Assembly: GCA_017473555.1 (NCBI GenBank) | Contig: JAFUKO010000117.1 | Location: forward strand, 5,197 to 69,196 | Direction: 5' to 3' | DNA from: Ruminococcus sp. | Lineage (GTDB): Bacteria; Bacillota; Clostridia; Oscillospirales; Acutalibacteraceae | Length of the DNA: 64,000 nt | Shown: piece by piece, positions 41,718 to 50,592 of the stretch | How the letters are laid out: every line of letters begins with the position of its first letter | Numbering within the stretch: the first letter of the stretch is position 1 | Notes under the pieces: model-generated | Told to the model about the DNA's origin: nothing | Databases searched by the model: none | What the model saw: the letters and a program-made list of their open reading frames with translations, nothing else | Translations under genes and position numbers: made by a program

Positions 41718-42695
41718 TTATATGTACTTGCCGGTAGTGTATGTAATGCCAAAACCTCTGCCTGCGTTGTACTCTTCGTTTATTACAAGGATTATTACGT
41801 TTTCGCTGACTGCTACTGAGCCTGTACCTGCGTTGCCGAAAGAGTCAGTGTATTCAAAGTAGCCTTCTCCTCGTACTACAGCGCCATCATAGTACAGGTC
41901 TTGTAAAGTTACGGTTACATCAGTGTAAGCAATCTTTGTTGAATTCTCGTTTGATATCGATATTGTTAAATCTAGTGTATTGCCGTTCTGGCTGTTGACA
42001 ATAATTGCACTGCCTGACGGGTCGTTTGTGCGGACGAATGTGCGTGTAATATCAGGCATAATAAGTTCATCACTCGGGGTTTGCTCAGTATCATCCGAGC
42101 TGGACTCTGATTTGTCAGTGACAGGGTTAGTCGGTGTTTTAGTAGTAGCCTGTGTCTGAGGTTCGGTATGCGGTGTAGCTACAGGTTTTTCATCTGAAAT
42201 CAAGGTGAATTCCATTTCGTGTATAACAGTGTGAGAGTCGTGGGTCGTAAGAATTACGCTTGTTGTGTATATGCCCTCTTTGAGAACAGTGTTTATGCCC
42301 GGTTCAAACTTAAAGCTCAGACATTTCTCGCATTTTATCTCTTTACCTTCAAGGTCAAAGTATTCACAGATGTAGTCGTGTTTTTCTACTTTGCCTGTTT
42401 CTTTGTTTTTTACTGTCATACTCATACCTGTGCCGTCAAAATCGATATTCTGCACGAAGTTTTCTTTACCGTTTTCGTCAGGACCGAGATAGGTTGTGTA
42501 TACATCGCTTAATGAGTAGACTGTTTTTTGTGGGGGTATAAATTCGACAACCTCATAAACTTCACTCGAAGTAAGCTGATAGCTGTTGTCTTTAATTACT
42601 GCATTCTTTGTGTTTTTTGATACAGCCGCAGTTACGCCGATTACACTACCCACTGCAAAAATAACGGTAAGAATAATAATCAATGTCTTTTTCAT
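41718..42695 (-). CDS. Secreted protein with one copy of an unrecognised ~115-aa domain (paralog of 42914-43864)
   Basis: It has a signal peptide and a Thr/Pro/Gln linker. The C-terminal domain ends VVRGEGYFEYTDSFGNAGTGSVAVSENVIILVINEEYNAGRGFGITYTTGKYI. Confidence 0.7.
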   Translation of the reverse strand: MKKTLIIILTVIFAVGSVIGVTAAVSKNTKNAVIKDNSYQLTSSEVYEVVEFIPPQKTVYSLSDVYTTYLGPDENGKENFVQNIDFDGTGMSMTVKNKETGKVEKHDYICEYFDLEGKEIKCEKCLSFKFEPGINTVLKEGIYTTSVILTTHDSHTVIHEMEFTLISDEKPVATPHTEPQTQATTKTPTNPVTDKSESSSDDTEQTPSDELIMPDITRTFVRTNDPSGSAIIVNSQNGNTLDLTISISNENSTKIAYTDVTVTLQDLYYDGAVVRGEGYFEYTDSFGNAGTGSVAVSENVIILVINEEYNAGRGFGITYTTGKYI

Positions 42696-42865
42696 GATAA
42701 TGTTCCTCTCGAATTTGTTTTATGTAAAAAACCTTAATGGTCGGTTTTAGCTTACAAATGAGATTATATCGTATAAATTCCCGAAAAATTAAAAATCGAC
42801 ATAAACAAGGAACAAATGTACATAAAACGGAAAAGGTATTTTAGTAATAAATAAAGGCGAAATCG

Positions 42866-42899
42866 CCAAAAAAAGTGCTGTTGCAGTTGCAACAGCACT
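42866..42899 (-). terminator. Intrinsic terminator
   Basis: AGTGCTGTTGC-AGTT-GCAACAGCACT stem. On the minus strand it is followed by TTTTTTT. Confidence 0.7.
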
Positions 42900-42913
42900 T
42901 TGGTTTAAAGTTA

Positions 42914-43864
42914 TTAGTAGATGTACTTACCTGTTGTGTGAGCGATACTCCATGTACCATCGTTTTCTGACTCCTGCTCAATAACTAAGATGATAACGTT
43001 CTCTGAAACTGCAATAGAACCTGTGCCTTCGTGGCCGAAAGAATCAACATAAGTGAAATCAGCGTCGCCACGAACTAATGTACCGTCGTATCTTGTATCA
43101 AGTGTTACAGTGATATCGCTTGTAGCAATCTGAGAAGCGTTTTCTTTCATAGCAGTTACAGTGAAGTAAATTGTGTTGCCATCCTGGCTGTTGATTACGA
43201 TTGAGCTATCAATTGGACTGCTTACGTTGTGCCATACTGTTCTGAGTTCAGGCATATCAGGGCCAGGACCTGGTGTTACTGTACCGTCGCCGTAGAAGAT
43301 ATAATCGCCTGTAGCACGTGAGATACCCCAGCCTCTGCCTGCGTTGTATTCTTCGTTAATAATAAGTAAGATTACGTTTTCTGAAGCTGATACTATACCT
43401 GTACCCTCGTTGCCGAAAGAGTCTGTGTATTCAAAAGAGCCTTCGCCACGGATGACAACACCGTCGTCGTAAACATTGTCGAGTGTAACTTTTACATGAG
43501 AAGAAGCAATCTTTGTTAATCTGTCGTTTGCTACGGTAATTGTCATATCAAGTGTGTTTTCGCACTGCATATTCACATCAATTGAACAGTTGTTTGGGAA
43601 TTTTTCATGTTTCCATGTACCTGTGATAGTAGGCATAACAAGTTCGTCATCTGATGTGAGCTGTACCTGAGTAGTTTCCTGAGCTGTTTCCTGAGCTGTT
43701 TCCTGAGTAGCTTCCTGAGTGATAACATCTGATGCTACTTCGGTTTCAAGAGCTACGCTGTCAGGTGTGCTTGTTACTGTCTTGCTTGTTACTGCAGCAG
43801 ATACGCCGAGTACGCTGCTTACTAATAATACTGCGATAAGTAAAAATGATAATGTTTTTTTCAT
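42914..43864 (-). CDS. Secreted protein with two copies of the same unrecognised ~115-aa domain
   Basis: It has a signal peptide and a QETAQETAQETTQ low-complexity linker. The two domain copies end IRGEGSFEYTDSFGNEGTGIVSASENVILLIINEEYNAGRGWGISRATGDYIF and VRGDADFTYVDSFGHEGTGSIAVSENVIILVIEQESENDGTWSIAHTTGKYIY. Confidence 0.7.
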   Translation of the reverse strand: MKKTLSFLLIAVLLVSSVLGVSAAVTSKTVTSTPDSVALETEVASDVITQEATQETAQETAQETTQVQLTSDDELVMPTITGTWKHEKFPNNCSIDVNMQCENTLDMTITVANDRLTKIASSHVKVTLDNVYDDGVVIRGEGSFEYTDSFGNEGTGIVSASENVILLIINEEYNAGRGWGISRATGDYIFYGDGTVTPGPGPDMPELRTVWHNVSSPIDSSIVINSQDGNTIYFTVTAMKENASQIATSDITVTLDTRYDGTLVRGDADFTYVDSFGHEGTGSIAVSENVIILVIEQESENDGTWSIAHTTGKYIY

Positions 43865-44071
43865 GATGAATTTCTCCTTATTTGAATTAGTGTTTTGTTT
43901 TTTGTTTTGAATATGAGTACTCTGTTTTGTAAGCGGTGTCGTGTTTGTCGCTTACAGGTGAGAGTATATCCAAAAAAGTGAAGTAAAACCGTCAAGTGGC
44001 ATCAATAAGGAAAAAATGTGCACAAATCGGAAAATATATCGGTTTTGATGCAAATACACATATTGATAAAG

Positions 44072-44105
44072 AAAAAACAGGCTGTCACATTAACTGTAAC
44101 AGCCC
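44072..44105 (-). terminator. Intrinsic terminator of the RR-HK operon
   Basis: CAGGCTGTCACA ... TGTAACAGCCCG stem preceded on the plus strand by AAAAAA. Confidence 0.6.
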
Positions 44106-44112
44106 GAATAAC

Positions 44113-45387
44113 TCAGAATACAAATAAAACATCAAAGGTATTATCTGTATGTACTATTTTCATTAAGATATCATTTCGCTCACAAATTTCCTGCATTGAG
44201 CTGATGCCGATGCCGTGGTCACCCTTGCTCTTGCGTGTGAGGAATTTATTTTTGTCTTTTTTCAAAACTCCATCAAATGAGTTGCGTATGAGAAGTTGCA
44301 TGCCTGCACCTTCGCCGTTTGCGATAACCTGTATAAAAGGATTGTCCGTAACATTCTTGCAGGCGGTAACGGCGTTGTCCAGAGCATTACCCAGAAGTGT
44401 GCACAAATCAACGTCAGAAATATCAGGTGGGTTGATTTTTTTGTATTCAAAGCTGATACCGTTTTGTTTTGCGATAGAAGCGTAGTGATACATAATACCG
44501 TCCACCGCAGGGTTTCCGGTATACGGAATACTTACGTCAGCGTTGTTGTGCGATTGAAGTTCGTTACAGTACGCTTTGAGCCCGTCGTAATCTTCGTTAT
44601 CAAGGTACTGGTGTATTGCTGTTATACGGTGCTTGAAATCGTGACGGATTCTGCGTGCGTCCTCAATACGGTTTGCAAGCTCCATATAGTGGTTTTGTTG
44701 CAGGCTGAGTCCTTTTTCAAGCTCCATCCTTTCTTTTATAGCAAGGCTGTCCCTGCCCATTGTGCGACAAAGGGCTACAATTACTATGTACTGGAAAAGT
44801 CTGGTGATCAGTGTGTATTGGCTGTTTATTAAATCTCCCAGAGGCAAAGCGAAAAAGCACGATAAGAACATAAATACAGATACAAACCATATACCGTTCC
44901 AGTAGTTTTTTGCTTGCAACGACAGGAATGGTTTTACTGTACTGACAATCAGCTTGCGGAAAAACCAGAAAAGAAGTATCTGAGCAGCAAGACAATATGT
45001 ACTCACGATTATCACCAGATTCGAAACATCAACAAAAGTGATGAGTTTTCTTGCGATATATGTAACCGCAGAGATAATCATGAAATCCTGGAGCATGATA
45101 AGGCCGCATGTGAAGAGCTGCTCTTTTGTGTGTTTTCTGAGAACCAGAAGATTGATAACAGAGGCTAAGATGCCGAAAGCGAAAATATCTACCTTCATAA
45201 CATCGGAACCGACGCCGATTGCTCCTGTTATAAAATACATAGAGAGCCAGTTGATTACAAGAACCGCAGAGTGTATAGAGATAAGCACAATGCGTTGTTT
45301 TTTACTGATCGACTCTTTGAACGGAGCTAATCGCAAAATAATTCCCGGTACAAAGCAAAGTGTGAAAATCAATAAGTTAATTAGCAT
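44113..45387 (-). CDS. AgrC/HPK10-like sensor histidine kinase (GHKL ATPase, polytopic N-terminus)
   Basis: 6-7 TM segments, H-box RHDFKHRITAI, N-box LLGNALDNAV, G-box HGIGISSM. Confidence 0.85.
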   Translation of the reverse strand: MLINLLIFTLCFVPGIILRLAPFKESISKKQRIVLISIHSAVLVINWLSMYFITGAIGVGSDVMKVDIFAFGILASVINLLVLRKHTKEQLFTCGLIMLQDFMIISAVTYIARKLITFVDVSNLVIIVSTYCLAAQILLFWFFRKLIVSTVKPFLSLQAKNYWNGIWFVSVFMFLSCFFALPLGDLINSQYTLITRLFQYIVIVALCRTMGRDSLAIKERMELEKGLSLQQNHYMELANRIEDARRIRHDFKHRITAIHQYLDNEDYDGLKAYCNELQSHNNADVSIPYTGNPAVDGIMYHYASIAKQNGISFEYKKINPPDISDVDLCTLLGNALDNAVTACKNVTDNPFIQVIANGEGAGMQLLIRNSFDGVLKKDKNKFLTRKSKGDHGIGISSMQEICERNDILMKIVHTDNTFDVLFVF

Positions 45388-45388
45388 A

Positions 45389-46132
45389 TCAGTTATTTCC
45401 TATATTCTCAATCAGTCTTTTGTATTTTATGTCGGCGAATTCGTTTCTGACGGCAACTCTCTTGTCTTTTGGTATATCGAATTCCGTACCATCGGTCAGC
45501 ACAATAGTTTTGTTAGGAGTGCCGACAATCTGGTTAACAGAAACCAAAGCGTAACGCACAGGTTTCATAAAGCCGTGAGGCTCAAGCTCCTTGTGAAGTT
45601 CCGCAAGTGAGGTGCGTGTTGTGTAGCTTCTGTGTGAGGTGTGGATAATCGACTTGTGTCCCTGTGACTCTATCCATAAAATATCATCAAGGGCAATGGT
45701 TTCATCAATTCGGTCACAAGTTACGGTGATAGTCTTTTTGGCGGCAAAATTTTTGAAAAAGAAGTCGAGCACAGCAAAAAATCTGTCTTCTTCAATCGGC
45801 TTTAACAGATATCTTATTGCTTCAACATCGTAGGACTCAACACCGAAGTCGGAAGATGTTGTGCAGAAAACTATTTTAGTACGTTTGTTTTCGCTGTATA
45901 GCTGTTTTGCAGCTTCCATACCTGTGATACCCGACATATATATATCCATAAATACAAGGTCGTATTTGTCACGGTCAGCTGCAAGAAAAGCTTCGCCTGA
46001 TTCAAACCAGTCTATGTTTTCTACGTAATCTGTTTTTTCGAAGCCTTTTTTTATGAGGTTTATAATCGTGTCACGTTGACTTTCGTCATCGTCACAAATC
46101 GCAATTTTTACGGTAAAGTTTTTATCCAGCAT
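45389..46132 (-). CDS. LytTR-family response regulator
   Basis: REC domain (ICDDDE ... LVFMDIYM ... LLKP) plus a LytTR domain (ILWIESQGHKSIIHT). The ATG at 46132 lies 8 nt after GGGAGTGG. Confidence 0.9.
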   Translation of the reverse strand: MLDKNFTVKIAICDDDESQRDTIINLIKKGFEKTDYVENIDWFESGEAFLAADRDKYDLVFMDIYMSGITGMEAAKQLYSENKRTKIVFCTTSSDFGVESYDVEAIRYLLKPIEEDRFFAVLDFFFKNFAAKKTITVTCDRIDETIALDDILWIESQGHKSIIHTSHRSYTTRTSLAELHKELEPHGFMKPVRYALVSVNQIVGTPNKTIVLTDGTEFDIPKDKRVAVRNEFADIKYKRLIENIGNN

Positions 46133-46300
46133 TATTAACACCACTCCCTTACTGTATACATAGTAATTGTAACATCAGAATACTTTCTTCGCAATATAAT
46201 TTGTAAAATACTTTGTATATTGTTTTTGCTCAAACCACTATAATTGATATGATTGAATAATTCGCCCAAGATGTATCATTACAAAAAGTGTTGTACTTAG

Positions 46301-46348
46301 TTTGACAATCCATCTAATATATTGACTTATGTTTACACTGATATATAA
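46301..46348 (+). promoter_or_regulatory. Promoter of the LRR-dockerin gene with a TTGAC direct repeat 20 bp apart
   Basis: TTGACAATCC (46301-46310) and TTGACTTATG (46321-46330). The second doubles as the -35, 16 nt upstream of TATAAT (46343-46348). Confidence 0.4.
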
Positions 46349-46457
46349 TTATTATAAAGACGTAATTATTTAAGATTTTTTATTTTGAGTGCACCCTGAG
46401 TAGCACTCTCAAGCGTATTATATATGTAATGACTTTTTATATGAAAGGATTGATATT

Positions 46458-48638
46458 ATGAAGAAGATAATATCGTTATTGCTATCTTTTATTATGGTGA
46501 TAAGTATATTTTACGCTATGCCGTTTTCAGCATTTGCAGTTGAACTCGGCGCGTCACAGTCGTCCTACCGAGTCGGAGATTATTTGCTGGTTAAAAATGA
46601 CGATGGGGTTGAAATTTTACAGTACCTTGGTGATGAAACAATAATTTCTATTCCATCTATGTTTGGTGCAAGAACAGCGACTCGCATAGGTGAGAAGGCG
46701 TTTTATCGCTGCGACAAGATTTCACAAATTACTGTTCCGTCATCAATCACAAGCATAGGAAAATGGGCGTTTTATGGTTGCTCAAGTCTTGAGTCGATCG
46801 CAATAGGTGATTCTGTGACCACTATTGATAGAGAAGCGTTTGCTCACTGTAAAATTACATCAGTTGTGATTCCGCAATCAGTGACAAGTATAGGGGATAG
46901 GGCGTTTTATTCATGTAACAGCCTTACATCAGTTACTATCCCTGCTTCTGTGACAGACTTGGGCTCTGCTGTTTTTTCATCATGTAAAAAGCTGACATCA
47001 ATAAATGTTGATGTAGAAAATGAAGTATATGACAGCAGAGATAACTGCAACGCTATTATTGAAACTGATACAAATACTCTTATATACGGATGCAGTGCTA
47101 CGGTTATTCCTGATTCCGTTACAAGCATAGGTGATGAAGCGTTCAGCGATTGTACTAGTCTTACTTCTGTCCAGTTTCCTGAATCTGTGACAAGCATTGG
47201 TTACAGAGCCTTTTCTCAATGCACAGGTCTGACATCTCTCACAATCCCATCATCAGTTAAAAGTACAGGTGAGTCTGCGTTTTCAGGATGCGGTGGTATT
47301 GAAAAAGTAACCATTGAAAATGGTGTGGAAACGATAGGAAGGGCTACTTTTGCGAATTGCTACAAGCTTACTGAAATTACAATTCCTGAATCTGTGACAG
47401 AAATAGGTGATTCAGCTTTTTATTCATCGGCACTAACAAAAGTCGTGATTGAAGATGCAGCTTTAAAAATCGGCGACAGAGCATTCTCTGAGAGTGATAG
47501 CCTTAAGAGTGTGGATTTGGGCGATAAAGTGAAATCTATCGGTCCGGGAGCGTTTTCCGGTTGTACAGCTCTTACAGCAATTACAATTCCTGATTCTGTT
47601 GAAACTATAGGTAACGGTGCGTTTCTTGAGTGTACAAATCTTACAGAGTTCGTAGTTCCTGATGGTGTTGCCTGTATTGAGGGCTATGTTTTCTGTGGTT
47701 GTACAAACCTTAAATCGGTTACAATCCCTGACTCGGTTGAGACTATAGGCGATTTAGCATTTTATGGATGCACAAGTCTTGATAGAGTCGTAATCCCTGA
47801 TTCGGTTTTGTTTATGGGAGATAAAGTGTTTGCTAACTGCTCAAGCCTTGAGTCTGTCACAATAGGCAGTGCGGTACAGACCATCGGTGATAATGCGTTT
47901 GCATCTTGTAAAAGTCTTAAATCAATTGTGATTCCTTCATCTGTAACAAATCTTGGTATGAGTGCGTTTGATGGTTGTGTTGGTCTTGAGTTTGCTGTGG
48001 TAGGTGACGGTGTGACCGATCTGGTTGACACTTTTAACGGGTGTTCAAACCTCTCTCAGGTAACACTGGGTAAATCAATTCAGAATATCGGCAACTACAC
48101 ATTTGAAGGATGTACAAGTCTTGCTAAAGTTGAAATCCCTGATTCGGTGCAGACTATCGGCGATCATGCGTTTTCATCTTGTGCCAGCCTTAGCAAAGTG
48201 ACAATTCCATCTTCTTTGAAGAGTGTGGGTATGTATGCATTTTACGGATGCGAAAATCTCACATCAGTCATAATCCCTGAGTCTGTGTCGAGTATCGGTA
48301 TGATGGCATTCGGTTTTTATTATGATTCCGATACCAATACATTATGCTCAGTTGATGATTTCACGATTTACGGCTATAACAACACTGAAGCCCAGAGCTA
48401 TGCAAATGACAGTGAACTAAGATTTGTGTCATTAGATAAGCCTGCTGATAGTGAAATAGGTGATGTTAATGGTGACGGAGAAATCAATATTATGGACGTA
48501 ACAGCTATTCAGCTACACATTGCACAGATAGAAACAATCGCTGATGAGAGATTTGTCTGTGCTGATACTGACAATAATTTTGAAATCACCATTATGGACG
48601 CAACAATGATTCAGTTGTTAATTGCAGAGATTGTATAA
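46458..48638 (+). CDS. BspA-type leucine-rich-repeat protein with a C-terminal dockerin
   Basis: It has a signal peptide and about 20 repeats of the IP.SVT.IG..AF..C..L..V type. The terminal dockerin is GDVNGDGEINIMDVTAIQLHIA ... DTDNNFEITIMDATMIQLLIA. Confidence 0.85.
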   Translation: MKKIISLLLSFIMVISIFYAMPFSAFAVELGASQSSYRVGDYLLVKNDDGVEILQYLGDETIISIPSMFGARTATRIGEKAFYRCDKISQITVPSSITSIGKWAFYGCSSLESIAIGDSVTTIDREAFAHCKITSVVIPQSVTSIGDRAFYSCNSLTSVTIPASVTDLGSAVFSSCKKLTSINVDVENEVYDSRDNCNAIIETDTNTLIYGCSATVIPDSVTSIGDEAFSDCTSLTSVQFPESVTSIGYRAFSQCTGLTSLTIPSSVKSTGESAFSGCGGIEKVTIENGVETIGRATFANCYKLTEITIPESVTEIGDSAFYSSALTKVVIEDAALKIGDRAFSESDSLKSVDLGDKVKSIGPGAFSGCTALTAITIPDSVETIGNGAFLECTNLTEFVVPDGVACIEGYVFCGCTNLKSVTIPDSVETIGDLAFYGCTSLDRVVIPDSVLFMGDKVFANCSSLESVTIGSAVQTIGDNAFASCKSLKSIVIPSSVTNLGMSAFDGCVGLEFAVVGDGVTDLVDTFNGCSNLSQVTLGKSIQNIGNYTFEGCTSLAKVEIPDSVQTIGDHAFSSCASLSKVTIPSSLKSVGMYAFYGCENLTSVIIPESVSSIGMMAFGFYYDSDTNTLCSVDDFTIYGYNNTEAQSYANDSELRFVSLDKPADSEIGDVNGDGEINIMDVTAIQLHIAQIETIADERFVCADTDNNFEITIMDATMIQLLIAEIV

Positions 48639-48664
48639 CAGCTTTAAGTTTTAGAACATATAAT

Positions 48665-48702
48665 AAAGGCTGTCTTACCAAATCGGTAAGGCAGCCTTTT
48701 TG
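48665..48702. terminator. Bidirectional terminator
   Basis: AAGGCTGTCTTACC ... GGTAAGGCAGCCTT stem followed by TTTTT. Confidence 0.8.
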
Positions 48703-48732
48703 TTGTATATACATATTTAGTATGTGTGTTTA

Positions 48733-50238
48733 TCACTTCTGTGAATAATACTTTATGCATCTGAGCACAGCATCCTGTGCATCATCGTCTGCAATATAAA
48801 TATCAGGTTCAAGTCCATATACATCAAATTCTTTATCAAATCCTACTAAAATGGATCTTGAATATATGAGCTCAAGACCGCTGTTAGGTAAAGACAGTCC
48901 GAACACATTTCCTAAATGTATACAGCCGTTTGTATTTGTACCTACAGACAGAGTGTTTTCAACGCTGTCAAGCATCATGATAAACACCTCGCCCGAGGAA
49001 TAATTACGCTTGCTTTGCAGAACAAATAGGGTGTTATCGTTACTGATCATTTTTTCAGGCTTGTTATCTAAAGTGCCGTCGAGTGTTGTAATACCTGTCA
49101 AAGGCTCTCGGTTAAGAAACTCTGCTTTTATTTTCTCGTCTACAATATCAAGCTCTGAATACAGGTCTATATACTGTTCATCCATAAACGGACTTTTGAT
49201 TTTGTTGTAAAAATCAGTTGCTAAAACTATTTGAGGATATGATATATCTGTAATCTCTCCTGTATATCCATATACCCACATCATATCTACTTCAGCGGTA
49301 CCACCACTGTTGTTACGCAAATCAAGAATAGAAAACTCGTGTTCAGCATGTTTTTTGGAGTTGTTGAGAAAATTGTTTGTCTGTGAGAAATCGAACTCTG
49401 TAACACTCATAGCAGAAAGGGAGGAAATCGCCACCGAATCCTCTTCGCTGTATTCAGAAAGAGTTGCCTGGTCGCCACCGACTTCACTTAATACCCATTC
49501 TATGTCGATTTCTTTAGTTCTTGAGCCAGCGGTAAGCTCGAGTTTTGCAGGGAGTTTTTCTTTGTCTGAACTTGTTACTACAGCAAAAATACCATACACA
49601 AGCTCTCCGCTTTCTGCAATTGTGATTTTAAGATATTTTTCGTACTCTTCAGCAAGATAGTATCTCTTGCCGTCAATTTCTGTAAAATAACCGCTGCCTG
49701 TTTCCAGAAATTGCATTTTTGATGATTCGTAATATGTATTAGCCTCATCAAAACAGGTGTTACCGCCTACTCTAAAATGAGAATCTTTTATAAATCCCAG
49801 GTGCTGTGATATTATCTGTGCAAAATTCTGCTGATTTATCTTGTCCTTTTCATAGGCATCGATGCTTGATTTGATTTCTTCCTTAGCTTTATTGAAGGCT
49901 TCATCTCCGCCAAAATATGTATAGCCCGCATACAATGATTTTAAAGCACGAAACATTGTATCAACGTCTTCTTTTGCCTCTTCTTTTGTTACATTATCAT
50001 AGTCAAACGAGCTCAGACTCTTAATCTCGTCATCGCTGAATTCTATGTTTTCATAATCCTTGAGGTATTCAGCCTCGTCGTATGACGCATCACGTGTTAT
50101 GAATGCCTCATTCTTTTGGTTAACCGATTCGATCAAGCTGTCTAATGTCAGAGGTATAACCTCTTCTGTTTTTACGCCACAACCTGATGCCAGTGTCAGC
50201 ATCAACACTAAAATAACCGCTATAAATTTATTACTCAT
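48733..50238 (-). CDS. Lipoprotein, S41-peptidase-like
   Basis: Lipobox LASGC. ILDLRNNSGG resembles the S41 DLRNN.GG motif, and a later SSGEVF is present. The catalytic assignment is uncertain. Confidence 0.55.
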   Translation of the reverse strand: MSNKFIAVILVLMLTLASGCGVKTEEVIPLTLDSLIESVNQKNEAFITRDASYDEAEYLKDYENIEFSDDEIKSLSSFDYDNVTKEEAKEDVDTMFRALKSLYAGYTYFGGDEAFNKAKEEIKSSIDAYEKDKINQQNFAQIISQHLGFIKDSHFRVGGNTCFDEANTYYESSKMQFLETGSGYFTEIDGKRYYLAEEYEKYLKITIAESGELVYGIFAVVTSSDKEKLPAKLELTAGSRTKEIDIEWVLSEVGGDQATLSEYSEEDSVAISSLSAMSVTEFDFSQTNNFLNNSKKHAEHEFSILDLRNNSGGTAEVDMMWVYGYTGEITDISYPQIVLATDFYNKIKSPFMDEQYIDLYSELDIVDEKIKAEFLNREPLTGITTLDGTLDNKPEKMISNDNTLFVLQSKRNYSSGEVFIMMLDSVENTLSVGTNTNGCIHLGNVFGLSLPNSGLELIYSRSILVGFDKEFDVYGLEPDIYIADDDAQDAVLRCIKYYSQK

Positions 50239-50592
50239 AATTGAATGCCTCCCATAACTTTACCTCTTTTGGCTTATTTGTTTTATTATAGCTTGTGTGG
50301 TACAAATGCGCAACATACACAGTGTGTTTTTTTGTTTTTATAATTGTGTGAACACTCTTTTCATTCCTTTTGTTTCAGCGTTTTATAAAGATTGTTACAA
50401 AAAGCATTTATCGGTTGTGTTTTGAGAATCTCTATGATAATATATAAGCCTGATAGTTTTAATGAATTATGGTGTCGGTGTATGTTGCTATTTTAATAAT
50501 ACATATTCTGAATACTGGTATGGTGACAAACGGAGCTGTATGTATTGATGCACTGACTTTGGATTAAATATTTAGTTTTAGGAGGGAATCAA

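Noticed and set aside
44018-45610. Three + strand ORFs of 155-190 aa (44018-44485, 44296-44832, 45038-45610) opposite the histidine kinase and regulator.
   Set aside because: The minus-strand genes have clear H/N/G-box and REC/LytTR motifs. The + strand translations have no recognisable motifs or RBSs.
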